This document shows positions 28,507 through 38,874 of a stretch of DNA of 64,000 nt, one piece after another. Made by a program: the position numbers and the translations under genes. The stretch covers positions 39-64,038 of the IMG/VR virus record IMGVR_UViG_3300035696_000044; one strand, given 5' to 3'. The DNA comes from a virus (lineage: Duplodnaviria; Caudoviricetes). A model generated the notes under the pieces. It saw nothing but the letters and a program-made list of their open reading frames with translations, searched no databases and was not told the DNA's origin. Within the stretch, counting starts at the first letter, position 1. Each line of letters begins with the position of its first letter.

Positions 28507-31500
28507 TGCCGTTACCAGAAGGAGCAGTACTGGTAGTTCCAGCATATGACGACCAACAGCCTGGGAAGCTGCCTCCAGGGGCAGTACCCGGAGCTACTAG
28601 CGGTGTAGCACCTCCACCTAACACCCCACGATGGCCCCACGAACAACCCCAGGAAACCCTTCGCCCCCCAACCCCAGAGGAACAGGATCAGACGGAATAC
28701 GATATAAAGCGTGAGTGGGCGGCGGAGAAGCTGGAGCCGTACGCGAGGGGGGCAGCGCAGGCGGTGGGGTATGGAGCAGCGGGACTAGCGGTGGGGGAAG
28801 GACACCCATGGCTGGCCCCGGCTGCCAAGGCCGCAGCCTCGGGGGTGATGAACGCCGGTGCTACGTGGGCGCTTGATGCCATACGTGGACCGCGCAACAT
28901 CGCAGCCAACCGCGTGATGCACAGCCAACCCAGGGAGAGGACGTGGGGGGAGGTGGGGAGTAGGGCTGCCTGGGATGTGGGGGAGGGTGCAGCTGGTGTT
29001 GCCATCCCCGGTGCTCTCCACACCGGCTACAACCTCCTCTCCAAACCCTACATGCCTAGTGATACTCAGCTAGGTGGCAAGTTGTACCAAGATGCTAAGA
29101 ACGCTCTGAAGTACCGACCGGAATATGGACCCAACAGAATACGGTCTACGGAGCTGGAGGTGGAAAACCCCGGTACCAAGTTCCCCATCGGTGATGCCAT
29201 CGACAGTGGCCCCCACCAGAACCTCCTCAACAAGTCTGCTGCTGCCCACCCGGAGGTGGCGGAGCAGTACAGGTGGTTGAAGAGGGATAACGTGGCTGCT
29301 GGGGAGAAGAGGCTGGGGCAGGACTTCACCGAGACACAAGGGGCCGAGGATGTAAAGGGGCCGCTGAGAGCAGAACGAGGAAGGCTGCAGACGGAGGCGC
29401 AGGATAGGTTTGGTGCCCAGAAGGCCGAGGTTGGTGGGCTGCAGAGGGCGGAGAATGCCCAAGTCACAGGTCGTGAGATCGAGACCACCCAAGAACGCTA
29501 CGCCAAGGAAGCATGGAAGAGGGTGGACGAGGAGTACACCAAGCTGGGGTCGGGGGAGATCAATGCACACCCCCTCGTTAAAGCCTACGAGTCGGTGATG
29601 GACGAAATGTCCACGGGTACGGAGAGGATGAGCCCGACCTACGAGCTGAACAAGTTCAAGTCTGCTCTATTCAGGGAAGAGGAAGACCCCATTACCCACC
29701 AAGTAACACTGGTGCCCAGAGACACCATTGACATCCAAGATGTGGTTGCCCTGGACAAGATGATCCACTTCACCCAACGCCAGATCGCCGGTAACCCTGA
29801 GATGGAGCTGGTGAGGAGGCAGCTGGGGATGTTGGAGGCGGCGGTGGAGAAGACCATCGGGCAGTCTCCGTCGTTTGCCAAGCAGTATAAGATTGCCAAG
29901 AATGCTATGACCGGGTGGGCGGAGAGGTATCGTAGTGGGGAGATGCTAAACATCCGCCGTGGTGGGCTGCATGTACATGAGCCTACCGAGGAAGCAATCA
30001 TGGCGGCAGTAGAGGCTGGACAGCCCATACCGTTTGGTCGAAGGTTGGCCATGCCGAGCGATAGAGTAGCAGGCCAGTTCTGGAGTCTACATGGGGCGGA
30101 TGACCTCATCCGTGGAGTAGGCCAAGAAGATGCTGCCAGGATAATGGAAGGCCATGCCGCAATGCTGCTCAAGCAAAACGGGGCAATAAACCCCGTCACC
30201 GGAGCAGTCAACCAGACCAAGTTGCAGAACTTCCTCAATGGCAACAACGGGGAGATACTGAAGAAATACGGCATCTATGACAAGTTCACAAGTGTCGATA
30301 GCGCTGCTGAACAGTTCGCAGTGGCAGAGGGGAAGCTAAAGGAGTTCAACAAAGGAGAGTTCGGTAAGCTACTCAAGACCGACCCCGATAAGATTATGGA
30401 CCAAGTCCTCAGTGGCAAGCAGATGGGGGAGAAGTTCGACCAACTCTATGAGGCGGTGAGGGGTGATCCGAATGCCCTGGCCGGGCTCAAGGTAGCCTAT
30501 AAGGACTGGGTGATACGGTCCATGGGAGGGAGTGGGGGGATTAATGGAGTATTCCTCGACGTCCTCAACAAGCCCGAGCAGATGACTCAGAGGCTGGCCC
30601 AGACCAGGGCCATCGCAGCCAAGCTATACGCCGATGAGCCTGAGAAGCTGGCAGCGTTGGATAGGTTCCGTGATGTAGTCAACACCACCTATCGACAGGA
30701 GTTGGGTAAGGTAAAGGGTAGTGCTGTGGGGGGTATGAACCAGGCCAGTAAGCCACTGGAAGATACGCTTAGGATCAAGATTGCCCAAGGGCTGGCCGAG
30801 TCAATACCGGGGCTGAAGTACCTGATGCGCCCCTGGACCAAGTTCGCCCACAAGTCGGTGGAAGGAGAGTTGCAGCAGAGGATGATGGACGGGTTGAAGC
30901 TAGCCGGACAGGCGCTGCTGGGCGATGCCGACTTGGCACAGACCCTGATGGATACATCGTTAGCCAACCCCTTCGCCGCACGCAATGCCCAACGATGGCT
31001 GTATGTTAAGGCGACGTTGACCGGGGCTATAGGTGGTGTGGAAGGGCATGTGCAAAGGCCGAAGTTGAGGGAGAGTGAGCGCAGGAAGGCGTTGGCTAAG
31101 GAGCAACAGAAGAAGGGCGGTGGCAGTGCCGCTGCAAACCCTAACCAGCCCCTTGGCCAGGGTGTAGGGACCAAGGGGGGTACAGACGACTACGACATGG
31201 AAGCATACAAGGCATCCGGTGCACCCTACCCACTCCCTCCGGGCCAACACTACCCGGATAAGTTCAAGAAGGACAGCCATATAACCAAAGGTGATTGGAG
31301 ATACCTGGACAGAGATGGCAACAGGATGCCGGACCTCAAAGAGGATGGTACTCCGAATCCGGGTGGTGCTTGGCACTTCTACCCATCGGAGACCAATCTG
31401 AAGTACCACACACCGGAGGAGTACGAGAGGTACTTCAAGGAGCAGGAGAAGGACTCGGTGTTGCACCTCCCTGGGGTCGAGGTCAAGGGGGAGAGTGTGG

Positions 31501-32804
31501 CAGATGTGATGCACCCAGGACGAGGCGACGAACCTGATCGCCATATAGCACCAGGGGGGACCCAGATCCAGGACACCCAGCTTGGTGAGATGGTTAAGGA
31601 CTACGGCAAGAACCTCTACCACAAGAATATAGCCCCTTGGACCCAACCCATAGCGGATCATACTGGGGAAGGTATAGTCGCTCCCTACGAGATCACAGAG
31701 GGGATCATAGCGGGCCGAGGTGCCACTGGTTGGGTCGATGCCGAGAAGCAACTCCGAGGTCAGTTCTCCAACCTGTACGACTTTATGGAACGGTTCGAGA
31801 TCCCCGACTTCAAAGCCAGGTTCAAGGGAGGGGCGTTCCATGGAATGACGGTTGAAGGAGTCGAGAGACAACCAGTCCAAATAGGCCCGCTCACTTTCTG
31901 GCAACCAGAAGATGTCAATGCCCGTCCTCTATGGCGCATCCTAGACCACCCCGAACTCTACAAAGCCTACCCGGAGTTGGAGAACTTCCCTGTGGTCCTC
32001 ACCGAATCCAACAAGTTTGCTGGTAGCTTCAATGGCAAAATAATCCGGCTCAACCCCGACTTCGACGAGGTAGACCAACTGAAAACCCTACTGCACGAAA
32101 TCCAGCACTGGGTGCAGAGGAAGGAGGGGTTTGGCGAAGGGTCGACCGGGCTTGGTTCTGGCCCTCTATTTGAAAAATACTTGGAGGAGGAGCTTACCAA
32201 CCGAGGCTACTACAGCCTAGAGTTCAATAGCATACCAGGGATCAAGGAGTTTGGCAGAAATGAGCTGGGGTTGAAGAACTGGCACTCTAGTTCTGTGGAG
32301 AGGAAGTACAGGGCCAAGTATGGGGAACAGATAGACAAGAAGTGGGATATATTCAGCAAGGCAAACAAGGAGGCTAAGAGGAAGGCGTACCACAACAGCC
32401 CTGGTGAGCTGGAAGCCAACGACGTGAAGTTCAGGAAAGACATACCCCCTGACCAGCTACCTCATACCCTGATAGGCAGTGGCAGGACCGTGGATGACCA
32501 GAACTTCAAACCTGGGTTCAACCCATCCGAGAAACAGCTGGGGCTTAGTCTTGCTGATAAGAAGAGTGTGAAGGAAGGGAAGGTGATTGATATAGAGCCG
32601 AGCGGGGCAGCCAGCAGGATAGACCTCAGAGAGCAGGTGCTGGGGTACAATAAGTTTGGTGACCCGGTGTTGCAGAAGGATGTCGATGCAGCACAGGTGG
32701 CGATGATGAAGGGGGAGAAGGTGGACTTGGATAGGGTTACGGCGGTGAGTAAGGAGAAGCCCAAGAAGCGGTGGGGAAGGAAGAAAGTAGACACTGATGA
32801 GTAA
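28506..32804 (+). CDS. Large ejection protein with a zincin-like polyvalent-protein domain
   Basis: 1432 aa helical protein; LDHPELYKAYP...LLHEIQHWVQRKEGF...GELEANDV (LPD23-like by recall). Confidence 0.7.
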   Translation: MPLPEGAVLVVPAYDDQQPGKLPPGAVPGATSGVAPPPNTPRWPHEQPQETLRPPTPEEQDQTEYDIKREWAAEKLEPYARGAAQAVGYGAAGLAVGEGHPWLAPAAKAAASGVMNAGATWALDAIRGPRNIAANRVMHSQPRERTWGEVGSRAAWDVGEGAAGVAIPGALHTGYNLLSKPYMPSDTQLGGKLYQDAKNALKYRPEYGPNRIRSTELEVENPGTKFPIGDAIDSGPHQNLLNKSAAAHPEVAEQYRWLKRDNVAAGEKRLGQDFTETQGAEDVKGPLRAERGRLQTEAQDRFGAQKAEVGGLQRAENAQVTGREIETTQERYAKEAWKRVDEEYTKLGSGEINAHPLVKAYESVMDEMSTGTERMSPTYELNKFKSALFREEEDPITHQVTLVPRDTIDIQDVVALDKMIHFTQRQIAGNPEMELVRRQLGMLEAAVEKTIGQSPSFAKQYKIAKNAMTGWAERYRSGEMLNIRRGGLHVHEPTEEAIMAAVEAGQPIPFGRRLAMPSDRVAGQFWSLHGADDLIRGVGQEDAARIMEGHAAMLLKQNGAINPVTGAVNQTKLQNFLNGNNGEILKKYGIYDKFTSVDSAAEQFAVAEGKLKEFNKGEFGKLLKTDPDKIMDQVLSGKQMGEKFDQLYEAVRGDPNALAGLKVAYKDWVIRSMGGSGGINGVFLDVLNKPEQMTQRLAQTRAIAAKLYADEPEKLAALDRFRDVVNTTYRQELGKVKGSAVGGMNQASKPLEDTLRIKIAQGLAESIPGLKYLMRPWTKFAHKSVEGELQQRMMDGLKLAGQALLGDADLAQTLMDTSLANPFAARNAQRWLYVKATLTGAIGGVEGHVQRPKLRESERRKALAKEQQKKGGGSAAANPNQPLGQGVGTKGGTDDYDMEAYKASGAPYPLPPGQHYPDKFKKDSHITKGDWRYLDRDGNRMPDLKEDGTPNPGGAWHFYPSETNLKYHTPEEYERYFKEQEKDSVLHLPGVEVKGESVADVMHPGRGDEPDRHIAPGGTQIQDTQLGEMVKDYGKNLYHKNIAPWTQPIADHTGEGIVAPYEITEGIIAGRGATGWVDAEKQLRGQFSNLYDFMERFEIPDFKARFKGGAFHGMTVEGVERQPVQIGPLTFWQPEDVNARPLWRILDHPELYKAYPELENFPVVLTESNKFAGSFNGKIIRLNPDFDEVDQLKTLLHEIQHWVQRKEGFGEGSTGLGSGPLFEKYLEEELTNRGYYSLEFNSIPGIKEFGRNELGLKNWHSSSVERKYRAKYGEQIDKKWDIFSKANKEAKRKAYHNSPGELEANDVKFRKDIPPDQLPHTLIGSGRTVDDQNFKPGFNPSEKQLGLSLADKKSVKEGKVIDIEPSGAASRIDLREQVLGYNKFGDPVLQKDVDAAQVAMMKGEKVDLDRVTAVSKEKPKKRWGRKKVDTDE

Positions 32805-34338
32805 ACCCATCCTCGTCCCGGCCATCCGCGTCTCGGTCCACGGTCAGCTGTACGTTGGCAAGCCCGGAGACAGCCACAGTGATATCGAGCACCGATACAA
32901 GGTCAACGCCTATGATGATGCTCAGAACGGATTTGTGCTGGAGGGGGACGATGTCTTCCTTACCCGTACCGAGGCTGCCACGTGGTTGCAGCGGATTGAC
33001 CCAACGCTATGGGCCGATGTCAAGGACCAGGTTGACCCAGCGATTGGCCTCCACAGCCACCACCTATCCCCCAACGTCGACGTTAGCACCAAGGACCTCC
33101 TCTTCGTCGACCGTGGGGGCCTCTACACCTACATGGCCCAAGAGCTGGGCAAACACTATCGCAAGGTCTGGTACCACCTCCTCGACTCTTCCCCCTACAA
33201 GCAGTCCAACCTGTCCGACATCGGCACCGGCCTGCCCGAGATACAGAGGGTAGATGAACTCGAACCCTACCTTGAGAAGGCCGACATCACGTACTTCCCC
33301 GACATCTACGACGGTGGCAGGCAACATTGGCTAAGGACCAAAGGCTATCGGGTGTTCGGCTCCGGTCGCTCGGATCGTATAGAGCTAGATAAGATTTGGT
33401 TCCTCGATGTCTTGGAGGAAGCAGGACTACCGGTGCCTGATACTGAGCTTGTCCATGGCACCGACGAACTCCTGTCCTTCCTTCGCCACAAGAAGCCCGA
33501 GGAGTGGTGGATAAAGTCGCTATGGCGCGGCGACTTCGAGACCAAGAAGTACACCGGCATAAGGCAGCTTACCAACTGGATCGAACAAGACCTCATCCCG
33601 CGCATCGGTAGTCGTGCCAAGACCCTGCCTTTCCTTGTCCAGGCCAAGATCGAATCCGCCTGCGAGGCAGGGTATGATGGGTTCTGTGTCGATGGCAGCT
33701 ATACATCGGCTATATTGGGCTACGAGATCAAGGACCAAGGGCTCGTTGCCAAGGTCAACACCGGGCCAACCCCGGATATTCTGGACCGTGTCAATACCGC
33801 CATGGGGCCGTATTACCGCGACCTTGGCTACCGAGGCCACTACTCCACGGAGATCCGTATCACGGCGAAGGGGGAGCCGTACTTCATCGACCCCACCTGC
33901 AGGATACCCAGCCCACCAGGAGAACTCTTCCCCCGGTTATACAAGAACTACGCCTCGGCGGTGTGGCAGATCGCGTGCGGGCTGGTGCCAACCTTAATCC
34001 CTGCTGCCAAGTACGGTGCCGAGGTAGTGCTAATATCACCGTTTGGTGAGAAGAAGGAAATCTGTGTCGAATACCCATCCTCCATATCTGACAATCTGAT
34101 GTTCAAGTCCCATTGCCGACGCTCCGGCACCACCCACTGCATCCCCGGCACCCCTGGCACATCCGGCTACTTTTGCTGTGTGGTGGTGGTAGGGGATGAT
34201 TGGCATTCGTGTGCGGAGGAGGCAATGGAGGTGGTGAAGGAGGTCCAGACCGAGGACCTGGAGTATGAGGAAAACCTGTTCAAGGAAGCTGAGAAGGCAA
34301 TCGAAGCAGGTGAACGCTTCGGTATATCTTTCAAGTAG
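32797..34338 (+). CDS. ATP-grasp ligase (PurD-like fold)
   Basis: FGS...ELDK...LEEAGLPVP, EAGYDGF, YRGHYSTEIRI, YFIDPTCR. Confidence 0.75.
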   Translation: MSKPILVPAIRVSVHGQLYVGKPGDSHSDIEHRYKVNAYDDAQNGFVLEGDDVFLTRTEAATWLQRIDPTLWADVKDQVDPAIGLHSHHLSPNVDVSTKDLLFVDRGGLYTYMAQELGKHYRKVWYHLLDSSPYKQSNLSDIGTGLPEIQRVDELEPYLEKADITYFPDIYDGGRQHWLRTKGYRVFGSGRSDRIELDKIWFLDVLEEAGLPVPDTELVHGTDELLSFLRHKKPEEWWIKSLWRGDFETKKYTGIRQLTNWIEQDLIPRIGSRAKTLPFLVQAKIESACEAGYDGFCVDGSYTSAILGYEIKDQGLVAKVNTGPTPDILDRVNTAMGPYYRDLGYRGHYSTEIRITAKGEPYFIDPTCRIPSPPGELFPRLYKNYASAVWQIACGLVPTLIPAAKYGAEVVLISPFGEKKEICVEYPSSISDNLMFKSHCRRSGTTHCIPGTPGTSGYFCCVVVVGDDWHSCAEEAMEVVKEVQTEDLEYEENLFKEAEKAIEAGERFGISFK

Positions 34339-34416
34339 AAAGGACCACGGACCATGGTACTACCTTGGAGACGGCCCAAGCCCGGATGTGGCAGTGCGGT
34401 TGGGGAGGACGACCCC

Positions 34417-34812
34417 ATGAAGCCCATCCACATCGAGTTCATCCCGCAATCCGACCAACGCTACGACACAGTGGGCGACTATTTCGAGGATGACGATGCT
34501 ATCCATTTCCATATCACCGCCTTCCCCAACTCCGCCTACTCCTGGGCGATCATGCTCCACGAACTCACCGAGAAGTTCCTTAAAGACCGAGACGGCGTTA
34601 CCGATGCAGAAGTCGATGTTTGGGACTTGGGACCTGGGGCTGAGCTAGACGACCCTGGCCTGTCCCCCGCCGCCCCCTACCACCCCCACCACATGATGGC
34701 CGACAGCATTGAACGTGAGTTTATCCTCTTCGCCGGTGAGGATTGGATTGAGTATGAGGGTGCCATCGAAGCACTATTCCCCGCCGACGAGGAGACCCCC
34801 GATGTCAGCTAG
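34417..34812 (+). CDS. Small putative metal-binding (HExxE) protein
   Basis: QRYDTVGDY, AIMLHELTE, APYHPHH. Confidence 0.55.
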   Translation: MKPIHIEFIPQSDQRYDTVGDYFEDDDAIHFHITAFPNSAYSWAIMLHELTEKFLKDRDGVTDAEVDVWDLGPGAELDDPGLSPAAPYHPHHMMADSIEREFILFAGEDWIEYEGAIEALFPADEETPDVS

Positions 34813-35107
34813 ACCCACCGACCACGATTCCATGTTCTCCTGCCATGACTACCAATGCCCCGCCCACCCACAGTTCGAGAAGAGGCTGGACGAGAGGTTT
34901 GACAAAGCATGGTGCGACCAGAAGAAGTGCAATGCGGAGCTGTTCAGACGGATTGGTCTCGTCGAGAACGAACAGAGTGCCCAGAGGGGAGCATCCGACT
35001 CGAACAGGTTCATCCTGAAAGTCCTCAGCATAGTCCTAGGCGGCGGCATAGTGGCCGAGATCATCCGCCTGCTCCTAACAACGCCCGTAGGAAAGGTTCA
35101 CTCATGA
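34802..35107 (+). CDS. Coiled-coil protein with C-terminal TM helix
   Basis: Charged helix followed by ILKVLSIVLGGGIVAEII. Confidence 0.55.
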   Translation: MSARPTDHDSMFSCHDYQCPAHPQFEKRLDERFDKAWCDQKKCNAELFRRIGLVENEQSAQRGASDSNRFILKVLSIVLGGGIVAEIIRLLLTTPVGKVHS

Positions 35108-37560
35108 GCAATCCACACATACGCCGTCTGTTAGTCGTCATGGCCTTCATCGTTGCTGTCCTGTGGGTGGTGTTGGCCGTGGCTGGTTTATCCTGCGCTG
35201 GGCTTCCCCCGGCCTCAACCATGGTCAACCCCGTCCTCGATGTCTACGCCGATGGTGGGGCGTTGGGGACGCTGTATTTCCTGTCACCGGGCACTACATG
35301 GCCCACCGGGGCCAAGTCGGTGTACTCGAATATGGGAGCGACATCGGCCTTGCCCAACCCGGTCTCCATCAACTCCAGCGGGCAGCCAACCACAGCAGGT
35401 GGGGCTATCACCCAGATCTACGGCACTGGTGCCTACAAGGTCATACTGGTGGCGAACGGGGGCAGTATCAACACCCCCATCTGGACCATGGACAACGTGG
35501 TGTTCCATGGGGATAGCTGGGGTCCGACTGCAATGGGGTATGGGGCCGCTGGCAATGGCGTCACCGACGACACTGCCAACCTCGTCGCTGCCAACTCAAA
35601 CGCTGCCGCCCTTGGCTCCGCCCTGACCATCTCTGCGGGCACCTACGTCATATCCTCTTCCAGCATCACTTTCACCGTCCCCGTTATCGTCCAGCCCGGA
35701 GCTGTCTTCTCCCCTACCTCTGGCAAGTCCATCACCTTCAACAGCACATTCCAAGGGGCGCTGGGGTGCTTCTCCCCGTGTACACCGGGTCAAGTCGTCT
35801 TCTCCTGGGAAGCTGCAAGGAACGGTATCGACCCCGAGTGGTGGACGATCAATACCTCCCCCGGCACCACCGACATGACTACCGCCCTCAAGGCAGCCAT
35901 GGGGTCGTTTACCTCGGCGGGTGGGGTGATGTTATGGAACGGCCTCTATGCTTGGGGCTCACCTTTGATCTGGCCCAACGCGTCCGGCCAGTGCTTCCCC
36001 ATCACCATCAAGGGGCTCAATGGATCGCCCGGTAACGGCGGCACGACCCCTTCCATGGGCTACTACACCGGCGTCACCTCCAGCACCGGGTCGATAGATT
36101 GCATGAACGGGTTCGGCACCGGGGGGCAGGCGAACCTGATATGGACCGGGGCGATACAAGGTGTGACGTTCTGGGGTCCTGGCTCCAACCCGTCCACCAC
36201 CACCACCCCTACCGCCTCCACCCCCCACGGCATCATCATCTACCAAATGGGTGGCAGCCTCGACAACACGGAGTTTATCTGCTTCGGTTACGGCTTGTAT
36301 GTACGTGGCCCTGGGTACTACAGCAACATGCGTCGTTCAAACTTCCTCTACAACTACGTCGGCTTCTACGCCTACAGCTCCAACTTCAACGGCTCCAAGC
36401 CCATCGCGTGCAAGTTCAGCCACAACATGACCTTCGGGGTGCAATCATCGTATAGTGGATCTCCGGGTGGGTTGGACGGGTGTTGGCTGGAGCAAAACGG
36501 CAGCAGTGCAATCAGCCTCTCCAGTCCAGGCCAGTTCACTCTGATCGGATGTGACCTGGATACCAACGGGGCGGATGGCAACGCGGAGATCGTGGTGTCG
36601 TCAAACGGGCAGTACAACGCTGTAATCACCCTGATAGAGGTAAACACGGCACCCGCCACCACCCACAACAGCGTGACCTTCACCGGCCCTGGAACTCTCG
36701 TCGCCCAAGGCTGTTCCCTCCAAGCATACAACACGTCCAACGCCTACGTGATGAGCGTAGCGGGAGGGGTGGCAGGGGCATTGATCGGCAACAAGTGGCC
36801 GCAGGCAGCTGGGTTGACTCCGGTACCATCGGTCCATATGTCGAACTTCTTCATCCAAGACTCCATCTACCCGAATGTCACCCTTGGCTCCATCGACAAC
36901 TATGCAACGAACGTCACCGCTGGGTCCATCATCATCAACACCTCCGGTACCGGCCCGGTGGGATGGCAGTGTACGGTACCGGGAGCGGGTACCCAAGCCA
37001 CGGCATTGTCCATCACAGGCACTACCGTAGCTACCCAGTACAATATAACAAGCCTTAGCGCCCTGACCGGGCTATCCGTAGGGTGTCCGGTCAAAGTTGC
37101 CGGTGTGACGTGGGGGGCGGGGGCAGCGGCCTACACTACCATCGTTGGGTTTGCATCCAACGGCACCACCGCCTATACCGCCGCCTATGCCAACCAGTCC
37201 GTAACCACACAGAACCTTTCCTACAACGCCGTGGTGTATGAGCCTTGGCCCAACGACGGGGTGTACACCAACACATCGGGTACGGGTTGGACCATCAACC
37301 TGCAAAACGGCAACGTGCAAGACCTCACCCTCACGGCAACAGGTCAGACGATCACCCTCCCGTCGGCGGTCGCAGGGTTGCATTATACGTTGAGGATTCA
37401 CTATTCCGGGGCGTATTCGTTCACCTGGGCAGGGGGTGGGACGATCAAGTGGCCAGCGGGGTCGGCACCTACGCAGACCTCCACGAACGGCAAGGTAGAT
37501 ATATTCAGGTTCGAGTCGGATGGTACCAACACATACGGCTACGCCAACCTTAACTTCTAA
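35104..37560 (+). CDS. Tailspike / receptor-binding protein with beta-helix (pectate-lyase-like) domain
   Basis: Head-binding-like LPNPVSIN...YKVILV...IWTMDNV; YGAAGNGVTDDTA; beta-helix repeats. Confidence 0.8.
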   Translation: MSNPHIRRLLVVMAFIVAVLWVVLAVAGLSCAGLPPASTMVNPVLDVYADGGALGTLYFLSPGTTWPTGAKSVYSNMGATSALPNPVSINSSGQPTTAGGAITQIYGTGAYKVILVANGGSINTPIWTMDNVVFHGDSWGPTAMGYGAAGNGVTDDTANLVAANSNAAALGSALTISAGTYVISSSSITFTVPVIVQPGAVFSPTSGKSITFNSTFQGALGCFSPCTPGQVVFSWEAARNGIDPEWWTINTSPGTTDMTTALKAAMGSFTSAGGVMLWNGLYAWGSPLIWPNASGQCFPITIKGLNGSPGNGGTTPSMGYYTGVTSSTGSIDCMNGFGTGGQANLIWTGAIQGVTFWGPGSNPSTTTTPTASTPHGIIIYQMGGSLDNTEFICFGYGLYVRGPGYYSNMRRSNFLYNYVGFYAYSSNFNGSKPIACKFSHNMTFGVQSSYSGSPGGLDGCWLEQNGSSAISLSSPGQFTLIGCDLDTNGADGNAEIVVSSNGQYNAVITLIEVNTAPATTHNSVTFTGPGTLVAQGCSLQAYNTSNAYVMSVAGGVAGALIGNKWPQAAGLTPVPSVHMSNFFIQDSIYPNVTLGSIDNYATNVTAGSIIINTSGTGPVGWQCTVPGAGTQATALSITGTTVATQYNITSLSALTGLSVGCPVKVAGVTWGAGAAAYTTIVGFASNGTTAYTAAYANQSVTTQNLSYNAVVYEPWPNDGVYTNTSGTGWTINLQNGNVQDLTLTATGQTITLPSAVAGLHYTLRIHYSGAYSFTWAGGGTIKWPAGSAPTQTSTNGKVDIFRFESDGTNTYGYANLNF

Positions 37561-37961
37561 CCGGAGGGAGGGGAGGGGGGCGGTTCCACACATACCCCCC
37601 TCACCAGCCTCCACCCCGGCCAGTAGTTCTTAGCAGCCAAGTCCAAACACTTATCATAGTCCTTGCACGCATACCCCGCCTTCAGCGAACACCTGCCTTT
37701 GTACACCCCATAGTCCTTCCGCTTCATCGTCTCGGGAATCTCCTCCGTTTGGCACGGGACTATGGTTTGCCCGCACGGTGCCACCAGCACTGCCGTTAGC
37801 TTGGGCAGCCTGCTGTGTTTGTTTCTCCACCTATCCGCACACAGCTTGCATATCCCAGTATACCCAGGCTTCCTGGCCATGTAGAACGATACATAGCGGG
37901 ATCGTTTGCATTCGGGGCAGACTACCTTGGACTTCTTGGGACCACGTCGGCGTTGGACCAT
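37557..37961 (-). CDS. Cys-rich zinc-finger-like protein
   Basis: CPEC, CKLC, further Cys cluster. Confidence 0.55.
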   Translation of the reverse strand: MVQRRRGPKKSKVVCPECKRSRYVSFYMARKPGYTGICKLCADRWRNKHSRLPKLTAVLVAPCGQTIVPCQTEEIPETMKRKDYGVYKGRCSLKAGYACKDYDKCLDLAAKNYWPGWRLVRGVCVEPPPSPPSG

Positions 37962-37971
37962 GGGTGCCTCC

Positions 37972-38874
37972 TTATCCTTTGATAAGCAGCCGTCGGGAGC
38001 CGGGGCGGGAGAGTAGATACTGAGCGTAGAGGTCCGGGTGGTCCTCGGCGAAGAGTTCCTTATCAAACACCTCGGACGGCCTGCTTGCCTTCCACGTGGC
38101 CAGCGTCACACCCAACGTGGTAGTGACAGTGTCGAGGTCGCCAAGGTAGTTCATCACCACGGCCTTCTTCTTCTTCTCCTCGGTCTCAAGCTCTGCCTTG
38201 ATCTTCTTATACGTCCGAAGCCAGTCACACGCCTCTACCACGGCGTCGTTGGCCACGGTGATGCCAGCGACAGAGCCTCCTCCGTAGCGGGCTAGGGCGT
38301 CTTCAAAGGTCACGGGCTCCGGTGGTCTGCCTTCCTGCACCAGCTCCCAGAACTCCTCTTCAGCACTGACGATCCTCTTCTGAAGCTCCACATCGGCGGG
38401 AACTTCGTATATCTCGGGCATACTCCCGGCAATACTGACCACGATGTCGGCAACGGGGATGGCATAGACGAGCATGTAGTGCTGCACCTGGAGGTTGTAG
38501 TAGACGGGTACTACGTTCGACCCCGGCTCTCCCCAATCCTTCCCACTCCTGCTCGTCTTTATCTCCAGTATTCTCCGATCCCCGGTGAGACCGTCCAGTG
38601 TAGCCAGCATGAACGGGTGATCGGGCGACGTTGCCATCTCCGGCACCACCACCTCCCTCCCCGTCGTCTCACAGTACCAATTCCTCAACGTCCCTTCCAT
38701 CATCTTACCATACGCCTGGGCCTTGGTATCGGGGTGATCCAGCTCGCTCATCCCCATTTTGTCCTTCCACGTATCATAGGCGGTCTTCCATGGAGACAGG
38801 CCCATGATCGGTGCAACATCACTCCCCCCCAAACCCTTCCTACGATCCTCCAACCACTTCTCACGCTCCCCCAT
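37972..38874 (-). CDS. YqaJ-like recombinase/exonuclease
   Basis: WLEDRRKGLGGSD, FMLATLDG, ILEIKTS, YNLQVQHYM. Confidence 0.9.
   Translation of the reverse strand: MGEREKWLEDRRKGLGGSDVAPIMGLSPWKTAYDTWKDKMGMSELDHPDTKAQAYGKMMEGTLRNWYCETTGREVVVPEMATSPDHPFMLATLDGLTGDRRILEIKTSRSGKDWGEPGSNVVPVYYNLQVQHYMLVYAIPVADIVVSIAGSMPEIYEVPADVELQKRIVSAEEEFWELVQEGRPPEPVTFEDALARYGGGSVAGITVANDAVVEACDWLRTYKKIKAELETEEKKKKAVVMNYLGDLDTVTTTLGVTLATWKASRPSEVFDKELFAEDHPDLYAQYLLSRPGSRRLLIKG

Noticed and set aside
32797-34338. purD auxiliary metabolic gene
   Set aside because: Only the ATP-grasp fold is supported. There are no other purine genes, and it has an extra N-terminal domain and a virion-module context.
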